DNA of 64,000 nt from Pristiophorus japonicus (GCF_044704955.1 NC_091994.1:40052001-40116000); one strand, 5' to 3'; shown: positions 49,228-62,690, counted from the first letter of the stretch. Program-made: numbers and translations. Notes: a model not told the origin generated them from the sequence alone.

Positions 49228-51523
49228 TTAAGTGGGTGGAGTGAAAGGGAATGTAGTTGTGGTAGTAGACAGTATAGTCAGAGCGATAGATACTGTTCTC
49301 TGCAGCTGTGACCGGGGGTTCCGAAGGTTGTGTTGCCTGCCCGGTGCCAGAGATAAAAACATCTCCTCACAGTTGGAGAAGAACTTGGAGTGGGATGGGG
49401 AGGATGCAGTTGTCGCGGTCCATGCAGCAACCAACGACATAGGTAGAACTAGGAATGAGGTTCTGCTGAGAGAGTCTGAGGAGTTGGGGTCCAAATTAAA
49501 AACAGAACCTCAAAGGTCATAATCTTTGGATTCTTACCTGAACCGCGCACCAATTGGCATAGGGATAAGCAGATTAGAAGGGTAAATGCGTGCCTCAAAG
49601 GGTGGTGTGAGAGGCAGGGGTTTCACTTCATGGGGCACTGGCACCAGTACTGGGGAAAGAGGGAGCTGTTCTGTTGGGATGGGCTCCACTTGAACCAGGC
49701 TGGAATCAGTGACCTGGCGAATCAAATAACTAGGGCAGTAGACAGGGCTTTAAACTAATGAAGGGCAGGGAGTCAGGGGGGGGGGGCACAGTGAGAGGAT
49801 TCAGGAAAGAGTAAATTTAAAAGCAGCAAGAGAAATGTCAAGGCTCTAGAACAGAGCAGAGTTGGGGTAAAAAGAAACAAAGTGGGTCAGCAAGGGAATT
49901 GAGATAATAAGATGACATCAGGGAAAAATAGAAAAAAGTCAAAGCTAAAGGCACTATATCTGAATACGCGAAGCATTCACAACAAAAATGATGAATTAAT
50001 AGCGCAGTTAGAAATTAATAGGTTTGATCTAATAGCCATTACGGAGATGTGATTGCAAAGTGACCAAAGTGGGGAACTAAATATTCCAGGATACTTAACT
50101 TTTAGGAGGAGGTCTAGCCCTGATGATAAAGGATGGGATAAAGACAATAGAGTGAAAGGATCTTTGCTCCAAAAATCAAGAAATAGAATCAGTTTGGGTG
50201 GAGCTAAGAAACAGCAAGGGCAGAAAACATTTGTGGAAGTTGTTTATAGGCCCCCAAACAGAAGTTGTAATGTCAGGCAGAGTATAAATCAGGAAACTAG
50301 AGGCGCATGTAACAAGGGGTAATCATGGGGGACTGGGCAAACCAAATTTGCAGTAATAATGTGGAGGACGAATTCATGGAATGTATACAAGATAGTTTTC
50401 TTGATCAGTATGTTGAGGAACCAACTAGGGACAAGGCTGTTTTAGATCTAGTATTGTGCAATGAGAAAGGGTTAATTAATAACCTTGCAGTAAAGGGGCC
50501 TTTAGGGAAGAGAATATGATGCCATTTTGTATTAAGTTTGAAAGTGATTTAGTTACATCCAAAACTAGGGTCTTAAATCTAAACAAAGCAATCTATGTAG
50601 GTATGAGAGGCGAGTTGGAAAAGGTAGATTGGGAAACTACATTAAAAGGTATGACGGTAGATGAGCAATGGCTAGTATTTAAAAATTAATCCATAATTTA
50701 CAATAAATATACATTCCTTTAAGGCACAAAAACTTCACAGGAAAAGTGGTCCAACCGTGGCTAACAAGAGAAGCTACAGATAGTAATAGATCAAAGGAAG
50801 AGGCTTATAATGTTGCCAAAAGGAGCAGTAAGCCTGAGGATTGGGAGGATTTTAGAATTCAGAAAGGAGAACCAAGAAATTGATAAAGAAAGGGAAAATA
50901 GAATATGAATAAACTAGCGAGATACACAAAAACAGACTGTAAAAGCTTCTATACATATGTAAAAAGGAAAAGATTAGCGAAAGTAAATGTGGGTCTTTTA
51001 CAGGCTGAGACAGAAAAAATTATAATGGGGAATAAGAAAATGGCAGAGAAATTAACCAAATATTTGTGTCTGTCTTCTCTGAAGAAAATGTAAAAAACCT
51101 CCTGGAAATAGTAGAGAACCAAGGGTGCAGCGAGAATGAGGAACTTAAAGAAATTAGTATCAATAAAAAAATAGTACTGGAGAAATGAATGGGACTGAAA
51201 GCCAATAAATCCCCTGGACCTGATGGCCTACATCCTAGGGTTTTGTAAAAGGTGGCTATAGAGATAGTGGATGCATTGGTTGCCATCTTCCAAAATTCCA
51301 TAGATTCTGGAAAGTGTCCCATGGATTATAAAGTAGCAAATGTAACTCCGCTATTTAAGAAAGGAGGGAGAGCAAAAACGAGGAACTACTGTCCAGTTAG
51401 TCTTACATCAGTAGTAGGGAAAATGCTAGAATCTATTATTAAGGACGTGGCAACAGGGCACTTAGAAAATAATAATAGGATTGGGCAGAGTCAACATGGA
51501 TTTTTTTGAGGTTGTAACTAGCA
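49228..51523 (+). mobile_element. CR1 LINE 5'/middle fragment: ORF1 SGNH esterase and ORF2 AP endonuclease, truncated at the start of RT
   Basis: VVVVDSIVR...CCLPGAR...HAATNDIG; VVYRPPN; EEPTRDKAVLDLVL; ANVTPLFKKG..NYCPVSLTS..QHGF. Confidence 0.9.
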
Positions 51524-51795
51524 AATAATGACCAGATAATCTATTTTTTCAGTGATGTTGCTTGAGGGATAAATATTGGCCAGGACACTGGGGATAACTC
51601 CCCTGCTCTTCTTCAAAACATTGCCATGGGATTCTTTACAATACCTGAGAGAGCAGATGGGTCTTGGCCTAACATTTCACCACTGCACTGGAGTGTTAGC
51701 CTAGATTTTTATGCTCAAGTGTCTGGAGTGGGGCTTGAACCCACAACCTTCTGACTCAGAGGCAAGAGTGCAACCCACTGAGCTACAGCCAACAT
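51524..51795 (-). mobile_element. DeuSINE 5' half abutting the truncated CR1
   Basis: Reverse complement of the SINE head through acagattatctggtcattat. Confidence 0.85.
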
Positions 51796-52064
51796 GCTTA
51801 AGAATATAAAGGGTGGAATTTACAGGTAACTCCCCCGCAACATGCAATCTTGACATGGGAAGGCACAGGAGGCAAATCCTCCTGCTGGAAAATGGCAACC
51901 TGGAAAAAAAATTGGGGCAGAATCCCAGTAGAACCAGGTCCCACTGCCCATCCAGAGATCTTCCCAGATTCCATCTGGGTCCAATCCGGAATTTCAGACT
52001 GCATGTGTAGTGAGGTGGCCCTGTGTGTTGTACTGCCAGTTTCTGGATGCTGATGCATTTAGTA

Positions 52065-52705
52065 TCATAGAATATTATAGCACAGAAACCGGCCAGTCAG
52101 CACATCAGCTCTGTGTTTTGTTCTGTGTAAACCACTAGTCCAATCCCACACGTTTATTTACTGCCCTATCCTTCGATATTTGCCTTTTATGATTCTGCTT
52201 CAACAACGTTTGAGGCAATAAATTCCACATTCTTATGACCCTGTATATAAAGCGTCATTTTCTACTCCTTTAATTCCTTCTGTGGTTATCATTAAATTGT
52301 GCCCTGTAGTTATTATCTCATCAATCAATGAAAACAATTTAATCAAAAGAAAAATACTGCAGATGCTGGAAATCTGAAACAAAAACAGAAAATGCTGGAA
52401 CCACTCAGTAGGTCAGGCAGCATCTGTGGAGAGAAAAACAGCTTTAAACGCTTCAGGTCGATGACCTTTCATCGCTATTTACCCTTTCATAGCTCTCCAT
52501 AATCTTGAAAATCTTTATCAGATCACCTCTTAATCTTAGCAGCTCTAGTGGATCAAGCCCTCAAATGTGTTTTCATAAGTGTAACCTCTCGTTCCAGAGA
52601 ACAAGATATGCTGCACCTTTTCCAGTGCTTTTATATCCTTCCTATAAGGGGATGCCCAAAACTCCAGCTACTTCTTAACAAAGGTCTTGTACAATATCAA
52701 CATTA
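52065..52705 (-). mobile_element. Old CR1 3' fragment
   Basis: atcatagaat tail and degraded ataatcttgaaaatctttatcagatcacctct. Confidence 0.55.
52348..52475 (-). mobile_element. Penelope-like terminal-repeat fragment with degenerate hammerhead core
   Basis: aaatactgcagatgctggaaatctgaaac...; minus strand GATGA-AAGGTC-ATC-GACCT-GAAG. Confidence 0.5.
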
Positions 52706-52764
52706 CCTCTTTGTTTACTACCTAATTATTTAAAACTGTTCGTATTGAACCTGTCAATACCAAC

Positions 52765-52980
52765 ACCAGGAGATGGCCAATAATTATCCCTCATTCAACA
52801 TCACCAAAACAAATGATCTAGTCCTTTATCTCATTTCTATTTGTGGGATCTTGCTGTGCGCAAATTGGCTGCAGTGTTTCCTACATTACAGCAGTGACTA
52901 TACTTCAAAAGTATTTTATTGGTTGTAAAGTGCTTTGGGATGTCCTGAGGTCGTAAGCACACTATATAAATGCAAATTTT
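52765..52980 (+). mobile_element. DeuSINE 3' half
   Basis: Deu core tgtgggatcttgctgtgcgcaaattggctgc and tail. Confidence 0.8.
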
Positions 52981-53906
52981 AACGGCTGAGAAATTCTTTT
53001 TATTGAAAAGTGCTTGTTTCCGATAATTTCCTGCCTCTTTAAGGTAATTAAGCCAAATTGACAATAGAAATAAATCCAGATATCATATACTATGGAACAA
53101 CAACTAAAATACCAATGATGCCAAGTATTACCCCAGTTTCCGAATGATGTTATTTTAATGCCGGTGTTATTTTCACCCACTGGTTTTCACCAGCATTAAA
53201 TAACGGCAATCGGAAAGTCCAGATTTATAGTTTGAGATCCAAAACCAATGGGTCAAGAGAGGATCAAACCAGACTGTGATGCCCTACACAGTTAGATAGT
53301 TTGTCGCCCCTCAGTATCGAGGGCCACACATGAAGAATAGGGGCTAAAAATTTGGAGCGCCCCGTTTGGGGGCTGTAACACTCACGGGGCGCGCGACTTT
53401 GCGCCAGACGCAGAGGTCTCGCCTCTCGCGCAAAATTGGGGTTATCGCCCCCGCAAGGAAGTGGATAACTAAATGAAGCGCTCCACTTCCTTTCTGGGGC
53501 AGTAGCAGGGCGGACGCCTCGGGAATGGGGTGCACGCCTGAGCAGCGCTACGCACTGGGCTCTGTAACGCTGCCACATAGATGGGGCTCTTCTCTGACTT
53601 AAAGGGAAGGCCACAAACTGCATATTCTGCAGATTTTAAACACACCTACCTGGACCACCGGGGAGCGGGGGTGCCACGTGATCAGCCCGGCACTCAAGCG
53701 GCACAGACCCCACAGTGGTGAACAAAAAAATGATGCCATTTTTTTTGATGACCAGCCGGCCACCTCCCCTTTAACTTTCGCCCCGTGAGCGGCCAGCTGC
53801 CCAGTACCCATCCCCTGAAGCTATTGCTGTCACGGCCTGGCGCCGCTTCAAGGGCCGATACCCAATTTAGGGTCTGGGGTGCTAATGGGCCGCTGCGCAC
53901 GGCAAT

Positions 53907-56900
53907 TGTGGTGTCCTTACACCTTACTATAGAATCACACGAGGCATGTACTGCAGACAAGGTCACTACGTGACCTGAACCTTTATTTCCAGGACCAAGG
54001 AGTGCTGACCCTGCGTGGGACCTCCCTTTATATACCCGGATGACCAGGTGAGGAGTGTCTCTCACAAGTTCACCCCTTGTGGTCAAGGTGTGCATTACTC
54101 AGGTGCATACAGTGTACAGTGTTGTTAGATAAAGGTTACAGTTATGTGAAGGTTACAAACATGACATCACCTCCCCCCAACGTCTTTGGGTCAAAGATTG
54201 AGTCTTTCAGGCGGTCGATGCTCTCTCGTGGAGCGCCGTAGTTGGGGCTCTGGTGGTTGGGCCTTGGCATGCGTCTCTGTTGCCTGAGGTGATTCCGGCC
54301 TGTCCGGGCTGGCCGCAGGGACTGTGCATGCTGGTGAATGTCCTTGTTGCTCGTTCACTGGCAGTGGTGTGGGTGACATCTCATGATCTTCCTCAGGGTT
54401 CCTCAGTGTCCATGCTGAACCTTTTCTTTACTTGGTCCAAATGCTTGCGGCATATCTGCCCATTGTTAAGTCTGACCACTATGACCTTATTTCCCTCTTT
54501 GCCAATTACAGTACCCTCAAGCCACTTGGGTCCCAAAGCATGATTGAGAACGAATACAGGGTCATCGATTTCTATGCATCTCCCCACGGAGCTGCAATCA
54601 TGGCACTCGATTTGGAACTGGCGCTTGCCCTCAACAATGTCTGACAGGGCTTGGGTGAATGAGGGACAGCCGCGTTTTAAGCATGAGTTTCATGAGTATT
54701 TCCGCGGGCGGGACTCCCGTGAGTGAATGCGGGCGGGACCTATCGGCCAGCAGGAGGCGCGATAGGCGGTACTGAAGGAAGGGTCCTTGAATCCGGGGCA
54801 TGCCCTGTTTTATGATTTGAACCGCACATTCCGCCTGGCCATTGGAAGCCGGCTTGAACAGTGCTGTCCTGACATGTTTGATACCATTACCCGACATAAA
54901 TTCCTGGAATTCATAGCTAGTGAAACACAGGCCATTGTCGCTAACCAGGATGTCCGGCAAGCCATGGGTCGCAAAGACCGTACGCAGACTCTCCACGGTG
55001 GTGGATGTCATGCACGAATTCAATATGATGCACTCGATCCATTTTGAGTATGCATCGACAACAATCAGGAACATTTTTCCCATTAATAGGCCCGCATAGT
55101 CTACGTGAATTCGTGGCCATGGCCTGGTGGGCCAGGGCCATGGGCTGAGTGGGGCCTCCCTGGGGGCATTTCCCAGCTGAGCACACGTCGTGCACCTGCG
55201 AACCCAATGTTCCAGGTCTGAGTCAATTCCTGGCCACCATACATGTGACCGGGCAATGGCCTTCATTAGCAAGATGCCTGGGTGCTCGCTGTGGAGTTCC
55301 CTGATGAATGCTTCCCTTCCTTTCTGGGGCATGACTACCCGGCTGCCCCATAGCAGGCAGTCTGCTTGGATGGAGAGCTCGTCCATCCGTCTGTGAAACG
55401 GCCTGACCTCCTCGGGACACGCTCTGTGTGCGGGCGCCCAATCCCCCATCAGGACACATTTCTTTATCAGGGATAGGAGGGTATCTCTGTTGGTCCAGAT
55501 TTTGATCTGGCGGGCTGTGATGGGGGAGCCTGCGGTGTCGAAAGCCTCAACGGCCATGACCATCTCCGCGCTTTGCTCCGATGCCCCCTTGGTGGTCGCC
55601 AGTGGGAGTCTGCTTAGCGCATCAGTGCAATTTTCGGTGCCTGGCTGGTGCCGTATGGTGTAGTCATACGCAGCCAGCGTGAGGGCCCATCGTTGTATGC
55701 GAGCTGACGCATTGGCATTGACAGGCTTGCTGTCGAACAACAGGGATGTTAACGGTTTGTGGTCCGTTTCTAACTCGAACATTCTGCCGAAAAGGTACTG
55801 GTGCATCTTTTTCGCCCCATGGACACATGTGAGTGCTTCCTTTTCAACCATCCCATATCCCCATTCTGCCTGGGAGAGCGACCTGGAGGCATAAGCCACA
55901 GGTTGGAGTTGGCCCTCATCATTACTCTGCTGCAACACACACCCAGCCCCATAGGATGATGCATCACATGTTAAAAGCAGTTTTTTACAGGGGTTGTACA
56001 AGGTCAACAGCTTGTTCGAACAAAGCAGATTCCGCGCCCGATTGAAAGCCCGTTCTTGACAGTCCCCCCAAAACCATTCACAACCCTTACGCAGGAGCAC
56101 GTGCAGCGGCTCCAACAATGTGCTTAAGTTCGGCAGAAAGTTCCCGAAGTAGTTCAATAGTCCCAGAAATGACCGCAACTCCGATGTGTTGCCGGGCCTG
56201 GGCACACGACGGATCGCCTCCATTTTGGATTCGGTAGGCCGGATCCGGTCTGCGGCAACCCTCCTGCCCAAAAATTCGACCTCTGGGGCCAAAAACACAC
56301 ACTTGGACTTCTTTAGTCGCAAGCCTATCCGGTCCAGGCGGCGTAGCACCTCCTCCAGGTTGTGGAGGTGTTCCTCGGTGTCTCGACCCGTGATTAGGAT
56401 GTCATCTTGGAATACGATTGTTCAAGGAATGGATTTAAGCAAGCTTTCCATGTTCCTCTGGAAGATAGCGGCCGCTGAACGAATGCCAAACGGACACCTG
56501 TTGTAAACAAATAGCCACCTGTTGTAAACAAATAGCCACTTGTGCGTAGTGATGGTGGTCAGAAGCTTGGATTCTTCAGCCAGTTCCTGAGTCATGTAGG
56601 CTGAAGTGAGGTCCAACTTGGTGAACAGCTTGCCAAAAAGATCCTCCGCTCTTGGAAGCGGGTATTGGTCCTGCAGTGACACTTGTTTGATGGCGGCCTT
56701 GTAGTCGCCACAAATGCTGACCGAGCCATCCGCTTTAAGGACAGGAACGATGGGGCTTGCCCAGTCACCGAATTCAACAGGCGAAATTATGCCCTCTCTT
56801 AGCAGCCTGTCCAACTCACTCTCAATTCTCTCACGCATCACATATGGCACGGCTCTGGCTTTGTGGTGCACTGGTCTGGCGTCCGTGGTGATGCGTATCA

Positions 56901-58666
56901 CTACTTTGGTGCCCTTAAAAGTCCCGACACCTGGTTGAAAAAGTGGCTCGAATTTCTGTAGGACCTGTGAGCATGAACTTCGCTCCACAGATGAAATGGC
57001 ATGCACATCCCCCCATTTCCAGTTCATCTCGGCTAACCAGCTCCTCCCCAAGAGCGCGGGACCATTCCCCGGGACAATCCAGAGTGGAAGTCGGTTCTCC
57101 GATCCATTGTGTGTGATCACCAAGTTTGCACTGCCTAGTACTGGGATGATCTCTCTGGTGTACGTCCGTAACTGCGTGTCAATGCGTTCCAGTTTGGGCC
57201 TGTTAGCTTTGAGTGGCCATAGTTTTTCAAATTGTTGGGCAGTGATAAGTGATTGGCTGGCTCCTGTGTCCAGTACCGGGGTGCCATTTAATAGAACTTT
57301 CATCATCATAGGTGGCGTTTTGGTATACAAGCTGTGGACGTCTGCCACATGAACCTACTGGACTTCAGCATCCATAGCTTTGCTCCAAGCATCACCCTGC
57401 CTTGCAGACCCCTCGTCTGGTTCCTCTGCCTCATAAACTAGCCTCGCTACGGACTTTCTGCACGTGCTGGCCAGATGTCCACTGAAGTTACAGTTTCTGC
57501 AGATAAATTGCTGAAACCTACAGGTTTTCGCAGCATATCTGCCATCGCACCTCCAGCATGAGCTGAGATTGTTGTGAACAAAGGAACTGTTAACACGCAT
57601 TGCACTCTGATTGTCTCTTTGATTACTCCTGAGCACTCTGTTGGTGAGTGTCAATGGTCCGATCCCAGGACGCATTGTCCCTTGTGATGGCGTGAATTGC
57701 CGATCCCCCTGCCATTGTCTCTGTTGCTGGCCCACCCTAGAGTCTGTTGCTGCCCGGGTGGTGTTGAATTACCCTTGCCTGCCTGCGAGGTTCTGAATCT
57801 CGTTTACAATGTTAACTCCCTGGTCCATCGCCATGTTGGAACCAGGGCTGCGCGCGTAAATTTTCTTGGTCTCCTTTTCCCCTGCCATGAAGGTCTGAGC
57901 TATCAACGTTGCCCTTTCCAAAGTCAAGTCCTTGGTCTCAATAAGCTTCCTGAAAATCCCGGCATGACCATTGCCCTCAATGAAGAAATCCCTTAACATC
58001 TCCCCCCTGCAGGCGTCTGTGAACTTACAGAGGCTGGCCAAGTTTTGTCCCTCCCGACGCTGGTGTGTGTAGAAGGTGTGTGTAGAACCGGTGCTGGGCC
58101 ATGTGTACACTATTCGCCGGTTTGAGGTGCTCACTGATCAGAGTGCTGAGCTCTTCAAAGGACTTGTCCGCCGACTTCTCGGGTGCGAGCAGGTCTTTCA
58201 TCAGCGCATACGTCTTGGATCCACAGCTGGTCAGTAGATGCGCCCTTCGCTTGCCAGCCGCTTCCTCTCCCAGCCAGTCCTTCATGACAAAGCTCTGCTG
58301 GAGCCTCTCAACGAAATTGTCCCAGTCCTCACCAACACAGTACTGTTCCTCTGTGCTACCGGTGGCCATCCTCGTGGGTCGTTGATTCCCGTTTCTCATC
58401 ACCAAATGTGGTGTCCTTATACCTTACTATAGAATCACACGAGGCATGTACTGCAGACAAGGTCACTATGTGACTTGAACCTTTATTCCCAGGACCAAGA
58501 AGTGTTGACCCTGCGTGGGATCTCCCTTTATATACCTGGATGACCAGGTGAGGAGTGTCTCCCACAAGTTCACCCCCTGTGGTCAAGGTGTGCATTACTC
58601 GGGTATGTACAGTGTACAGTGTTATTACATAAAGGTTGCAGTTATGTGAAGGTTACAAACATGACA
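53907..58666 (-). mobile_element. Full-length decayed Gypsy (Mag-like) LTR retrotransposon, second family
   Basis: 260-bp LTRs 53907-54166 and 58407-58666, 5-bp TSD GCAAT, PBS TGGTGATGAG (CpG-decayed TGGCGACGAG), PPT. Confidence 0.95.
54191..58369 (-). pseudogene. Gypsy gag-pol (308-aa PR-RT and 572-aa RT-RH-IN fragments)
   Basis: EDWDNFVERL; CWRC..CRNC knuckles; LDTGAS; WASPIVPVLK; TCDASSYG; HPGI..ARSHVWWP; VSDNG; PASNGQAE. Confidence 0.93.
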
Positions 58667-59989
58667 GCAATGACGTCATGTTCTTTTGGCGCAGGAGATT
58701 GGGGCGCAATGCCACAGTGCCGCCATTAAACTCCCGCCGAATTTAACGGGAGTCGTTAGCGGTGCTGCGTCCAGTCGCAAAGTTGTTTGCGCCCCGTTAG
58801 CGGCCCCCGGGGGTATTAACGGGAGGTGCAAAAGATCCGAATTTCTCCCCGTGGTATTTGGGAACGATATTGAGCACAAGAATCAGTATGTTCAGAGAGG
58901 AAAGGGAACCAAACTGGGGCGGGCGGAGATTAACAATGGTATATTTAGTTTACATACAGTTAATTTAAAAACTTGTGCAAGCAATTTTTGAAGAACATAG
59001 CTAAATTGTAAGTGTAAAATAGCATCCTGCAAGAACCTGGATGTGTTGCCTGAGGCTAAACTATAAATTAGATTAAGTCCCTTCTGGGTCTAAACCACCA
59101 GTGCAATCGTGCTGTTGAGTTATTTTGCTGCGTTAAGTCAGCATTGTATTTTTAAAAGCTCAGAAGAGACATAAGGGATCCAAGCTGTGTAATATTTCAG
59201 TCGTGAGTGATCCTTAACTCTCAGGCAACTAAGTCGTGACTGAGTAGTGTAAGTCAACTGCAGCAGCAGTGACATGTAAATTGATATTACATATTTTGTG
59301 TACACCAGTTCTTTTATTTAATTAACTCTTCGATTACCAACAGGTTCAAGGATACTCCAATCTTCCTGGACTAACTAGTTTTGTTCATGTTTCACTGTGG
59401 TACTAAAACAAACACTAATTTTACAGTAACAAATCTACTCAAACATCAGAAATATTAACTGTACATAACTAAAGTATACAATGAAAACAATTTTAACTGA
59501 AGTGCAATATTTAGTACAGCTTATCCAGTTCCCTTAATTCTCTCTTCTTTCCTATCGACTCTCTGTGTCTTTACATTTTTAACTCCAATGTTACTTTTTT
59601 GAACTTTGCTTTCTAATTGTTTTATTGTTCTTTTAATTACCCAGTTTCTTCTTTGGGCTCTCGATGTCTATTTTGGAGCTGGAGGGGACTACAGATGTAA
59701 CACGGAGGAACTCTGGAAAAATTGATATTTATTTTTTCCCTTTGATGACAATGACAAGAGCAGGAATAATGCTACACAGGGCAAAGGCAAGTTCATTCAT
59801 TGTTCAAGACAAGTGACTGGCTGTATTCACAACAGCTTGGGTTGGACCAATGTGTTTCTGTCCTTGTTATGATTGTATTCCACAATTCAAGACCCCCAGT
59901 GATTCCGTGGATAAACAGTAAGAGAGTCCCAGCCAGGTGAAATCCCTGAGCTTTCCGGAGTTACCCAATTTCAGCTGGCATGGTATTAA

Positions 59990-60250
59990 GGCTTCAGTTA
60001 TCCTGGAAGAGGGAAGTAAAGAGTAAGTCAGGATTCCTTCTCTTGATCATTTTCTAGTGACCCATATTTGCAAATGCATGTGTGTGATTCTCAGGTGAGG
60101 ACTGGATCAGTCTGGGTTGTGATGCCTGCCCCAGCTGAATAGCCCACTGCCACTCATTGTCCAGGCATGAACAAATGGCTGTTGGGCAAGGTGCAGGAGG
60201 TAGCTGGCACCTGTGGAACAATGGCCCAGTGTAAGTCATCACCAAAGCTT
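59990..60250 (+). mobile_element. Ancient SINE-like repeat (same family as 15100-15550)
   Basis: Diverged homology seen by eye. Confidence 0.45.
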
Positions 60251-60454
60251 GTTGAAAATTAATGCAATCCTCTAAACACGAGGGAGAAGTAATGCTGGAA
60301 AGCCTTGTAAGAAAAATGCAATTTTACTTATTCAGTCTTCATAAACCAGAAGGCCTGGTCATCACCTTCAGGAGTAAAACGGAACTGAGGAGAGCCTAAA
60401 TTATACAGAGAATAAAGTGCATTGAGACGAGAGAAATAGAAATGGGTGGTGCGG

Positions 60455-60775
60455 GGGAGGGGGTGGGAGAGAGAGAGAGAGAGAGAGAGAATAATGAGCA
60501 GAGAGGCAGAGATGGAGAGAGTGAGGGATGAGGAGAGAGAGTGAGTGGCAGATAGAAATGGGGAAAGAGATGAAGAGAGATGGGTGAGAGAGAAATGCAG
60601 AGGACAGGGTCATAGGGAGGGAAAGAGAGATACATCATAAAGAGGGTTGGGGAGAGATGTTGACAAAGCAAGAAGAGCAAGGAATGTGAGAACAAGAAAA
60701 AAGATAGTTGGAGAGGGAGAGAAAGAGAAAATGAAAGAGACAGAAACATGCAGAGAGCGAGAGGGAGAGAGAACC
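60455..60775 (+). repeat. GA-rich purine tract including (GA)n
   Basis: Strong purine skew and a (GA)n run at ~60467-60490. Confidence 0.8.
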
Positions 60776-61109
60776 ACACGGGCCTAATGAAATGGAGGAG
60801 AAGCTGCTGTGTGTGAAATTGAAATGTGTGAAACTAATAGAACATCACACACAACAAAACTAACAAGAAATTATACTGTGCAAAATTAACAAAAATATTA
60901 TACTGTGTGTGAAACTTACAAGAAATTATCCTAGGTGAAATGCTCAAAAGATATGAAATTGTGTGAATTGATTCATTGCTTAAACAGATGGGAAATTATA
61001 ATATTTGAAATGATACTGATTAATAATCAGAAATGATGTGCCTGATCCTTGGTCTGTGCTGAGTTAGCTGATGTGGCCTGGATAGCAGTTCGAGTGTTGT
61101 GCTCAGCCT

Positions 61110-62466
61110 CAAAGTCCTTTGGTCATCTTCCAAATCCGTGCCTATCTTTCCCGCAACTCCATGTTTGAATCCCTCCTATTAGGTACCCGCTTCTGCCAAA
61201 GTACTGAAACAGCCCTTATCAAAGTCACAAATGACATCCAATGTTAGTGTGACTGCGGTAAACAATCCCTCCTCATCCATCTCGCCCTGTCTGCAGCCTT
61301 TGAAACAGTTGATCACAACATCCTCCTCCAGAGCCTCTCCTCTGCTGTCCAGCTGGGTGGGACCAACTTCGCCTCTTTCCATTCCTACCTGTCCAGTTGT
61401 AGCCAGGGAAAGACCTGCAATGGCTTCTCTTCCCTCTTCTGCACCGTTACCTCTGGAGTCCCTCAAGGATCTATCCTTGGCCTCCCTACTATTTCTCATC
61501 TACATGCTGCCCCTTGGCGACATCATCCAAAAACACAACATCAGGTTCCACATGTAGCGGACGACACCCAGCTCTACCTCACCATCACCTCTCTCGACCC
61601 CTCCACTGATTTTGACTTGTCACGCTTCTTGTCCGACAACCAGCACTGGATGAGCAGAAATTTCCTCCAACGAAATATTGGGAAGACCGAAGCCATTGTC
61701 TTCAGTCTCTGCCACAAAATTGTTCCCTAGGCACCGACTCCATCCCTCTCCCTGGCAACTATCTGAAGCTGAACCAGACTGTTCGCAACCTTGGTGGTGT
61801 ATTTGACCCCGAGATCAGCTTCCGACCACATAGCCACTCCATCACCAAAACCTTCTACTTCTACCTTCGTAACATCGCCCGACTCTGCCACTGCCTCAGC
61901 TCATCTGCTACTGAAACCCTCAACCATGCCTTTAGACTTAATTATTCCAATGCACTCCTGGCTAGCCTCTCATTTTCCACCCTACATCAATTTCAACTCA
62001 TTCAAAACTCTGCTGCCCATGTTCTAACTCACACCAGGTCCCTTTCACCCATCAGCCCTGTGCTCACTGGTCTGATCTGTTCCCAGTCCAGCAATGCCTC
62101 AAGTTTAAAATTCTTATCCTTGTTTTCAAATCCCGTCATGGCCTTACCCCTTTCTATCTCTGTAACCTCCTGCAGCCCTACAACTTTGAGATCTCTGCGC
62201 TCCTCCAATTCTGGTCTGTTGCGCATTCTCGATTTCAATCATTGTCTGCCCCTTCAGCTCCCTAGATCCTCAGCTCTGGAATTACCTCCCCAAACCCCTC
62301 CGCATCTCTACATCTCTCTCTTTCTTTAAGATGTATCTGAAAACCTACCTCTTTGACCAAGTTTTTGATCATCTGTCCTAATATCCCCTTATGTGGCTAG
62401 CTGTCAAATTTGGTTTCATAACGCTCCTGTGAAACGCTATATAAATGCAAGTTGTTGTTGTTGTTG
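61110..62466 (+). mobile_element. L2 LINE 3' fragment including RT
   Basis: ETALIKVTNDI, LSAAFETVDH, SGVPQGSILG, (Y)ADDTQLY; tail gctatataaatgcaagttgttgttg. Confidence 0.9.
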
Positions 62467-62469
62467 TGG

Positions 62470-62690
62470 TCTTGTGCTCTTGGTCACAATCTGATAACCG
62501 CTGCTAAAAAGTGCGAGTGCACAGATATTAGACAAGGACTCGAGCGGGATGGGCTGTGACGCTGTCCACCTATCAAAAAGCTCTCTGATGCTCATTGTTG
62601 AGCCGCGCACAAGTGCCGAATGGCTCCGCGGGCGAGGTACCAGAGGCAGGCGTGCCTGTGGAATTGCACCCAGCACAAGTCAGCACACTG
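62470..62690 (+). mobile_element. Ancient SINE-like repeat, CpG-retaining copy
   Basis: Homology to 15300-15490 and 60025-60235. Confidence 0.45.

Larger units (their letters stand above)
53340..58850. mobile_element. GC-rich Harbinger-like MITE split by a Gypsy element
   Basis: GGGGCTAAAAATTTGG ... CCGAATTTCTCCCC. Confidence 0.65.

Noticed and set aside
39920-51795. A single 12-kb element with 370-bp terminal inverted repeats
   Set aside because: Left copy is embedded in a LINE array inside an LTR, right copy is continuous with a longer CR1; no TSD or transposase
54631-56349. 572-aa ORF as an active or domesticated gene
   Set aside because: Internal piece of a Gypsy pol broken by upstream frameshifts, with visibly diverged LTRs
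59645-59790. Possible exon after a long pyrimidine tract
   Set aside because: No recognisable peptide and only a GC-type donor; unsupported
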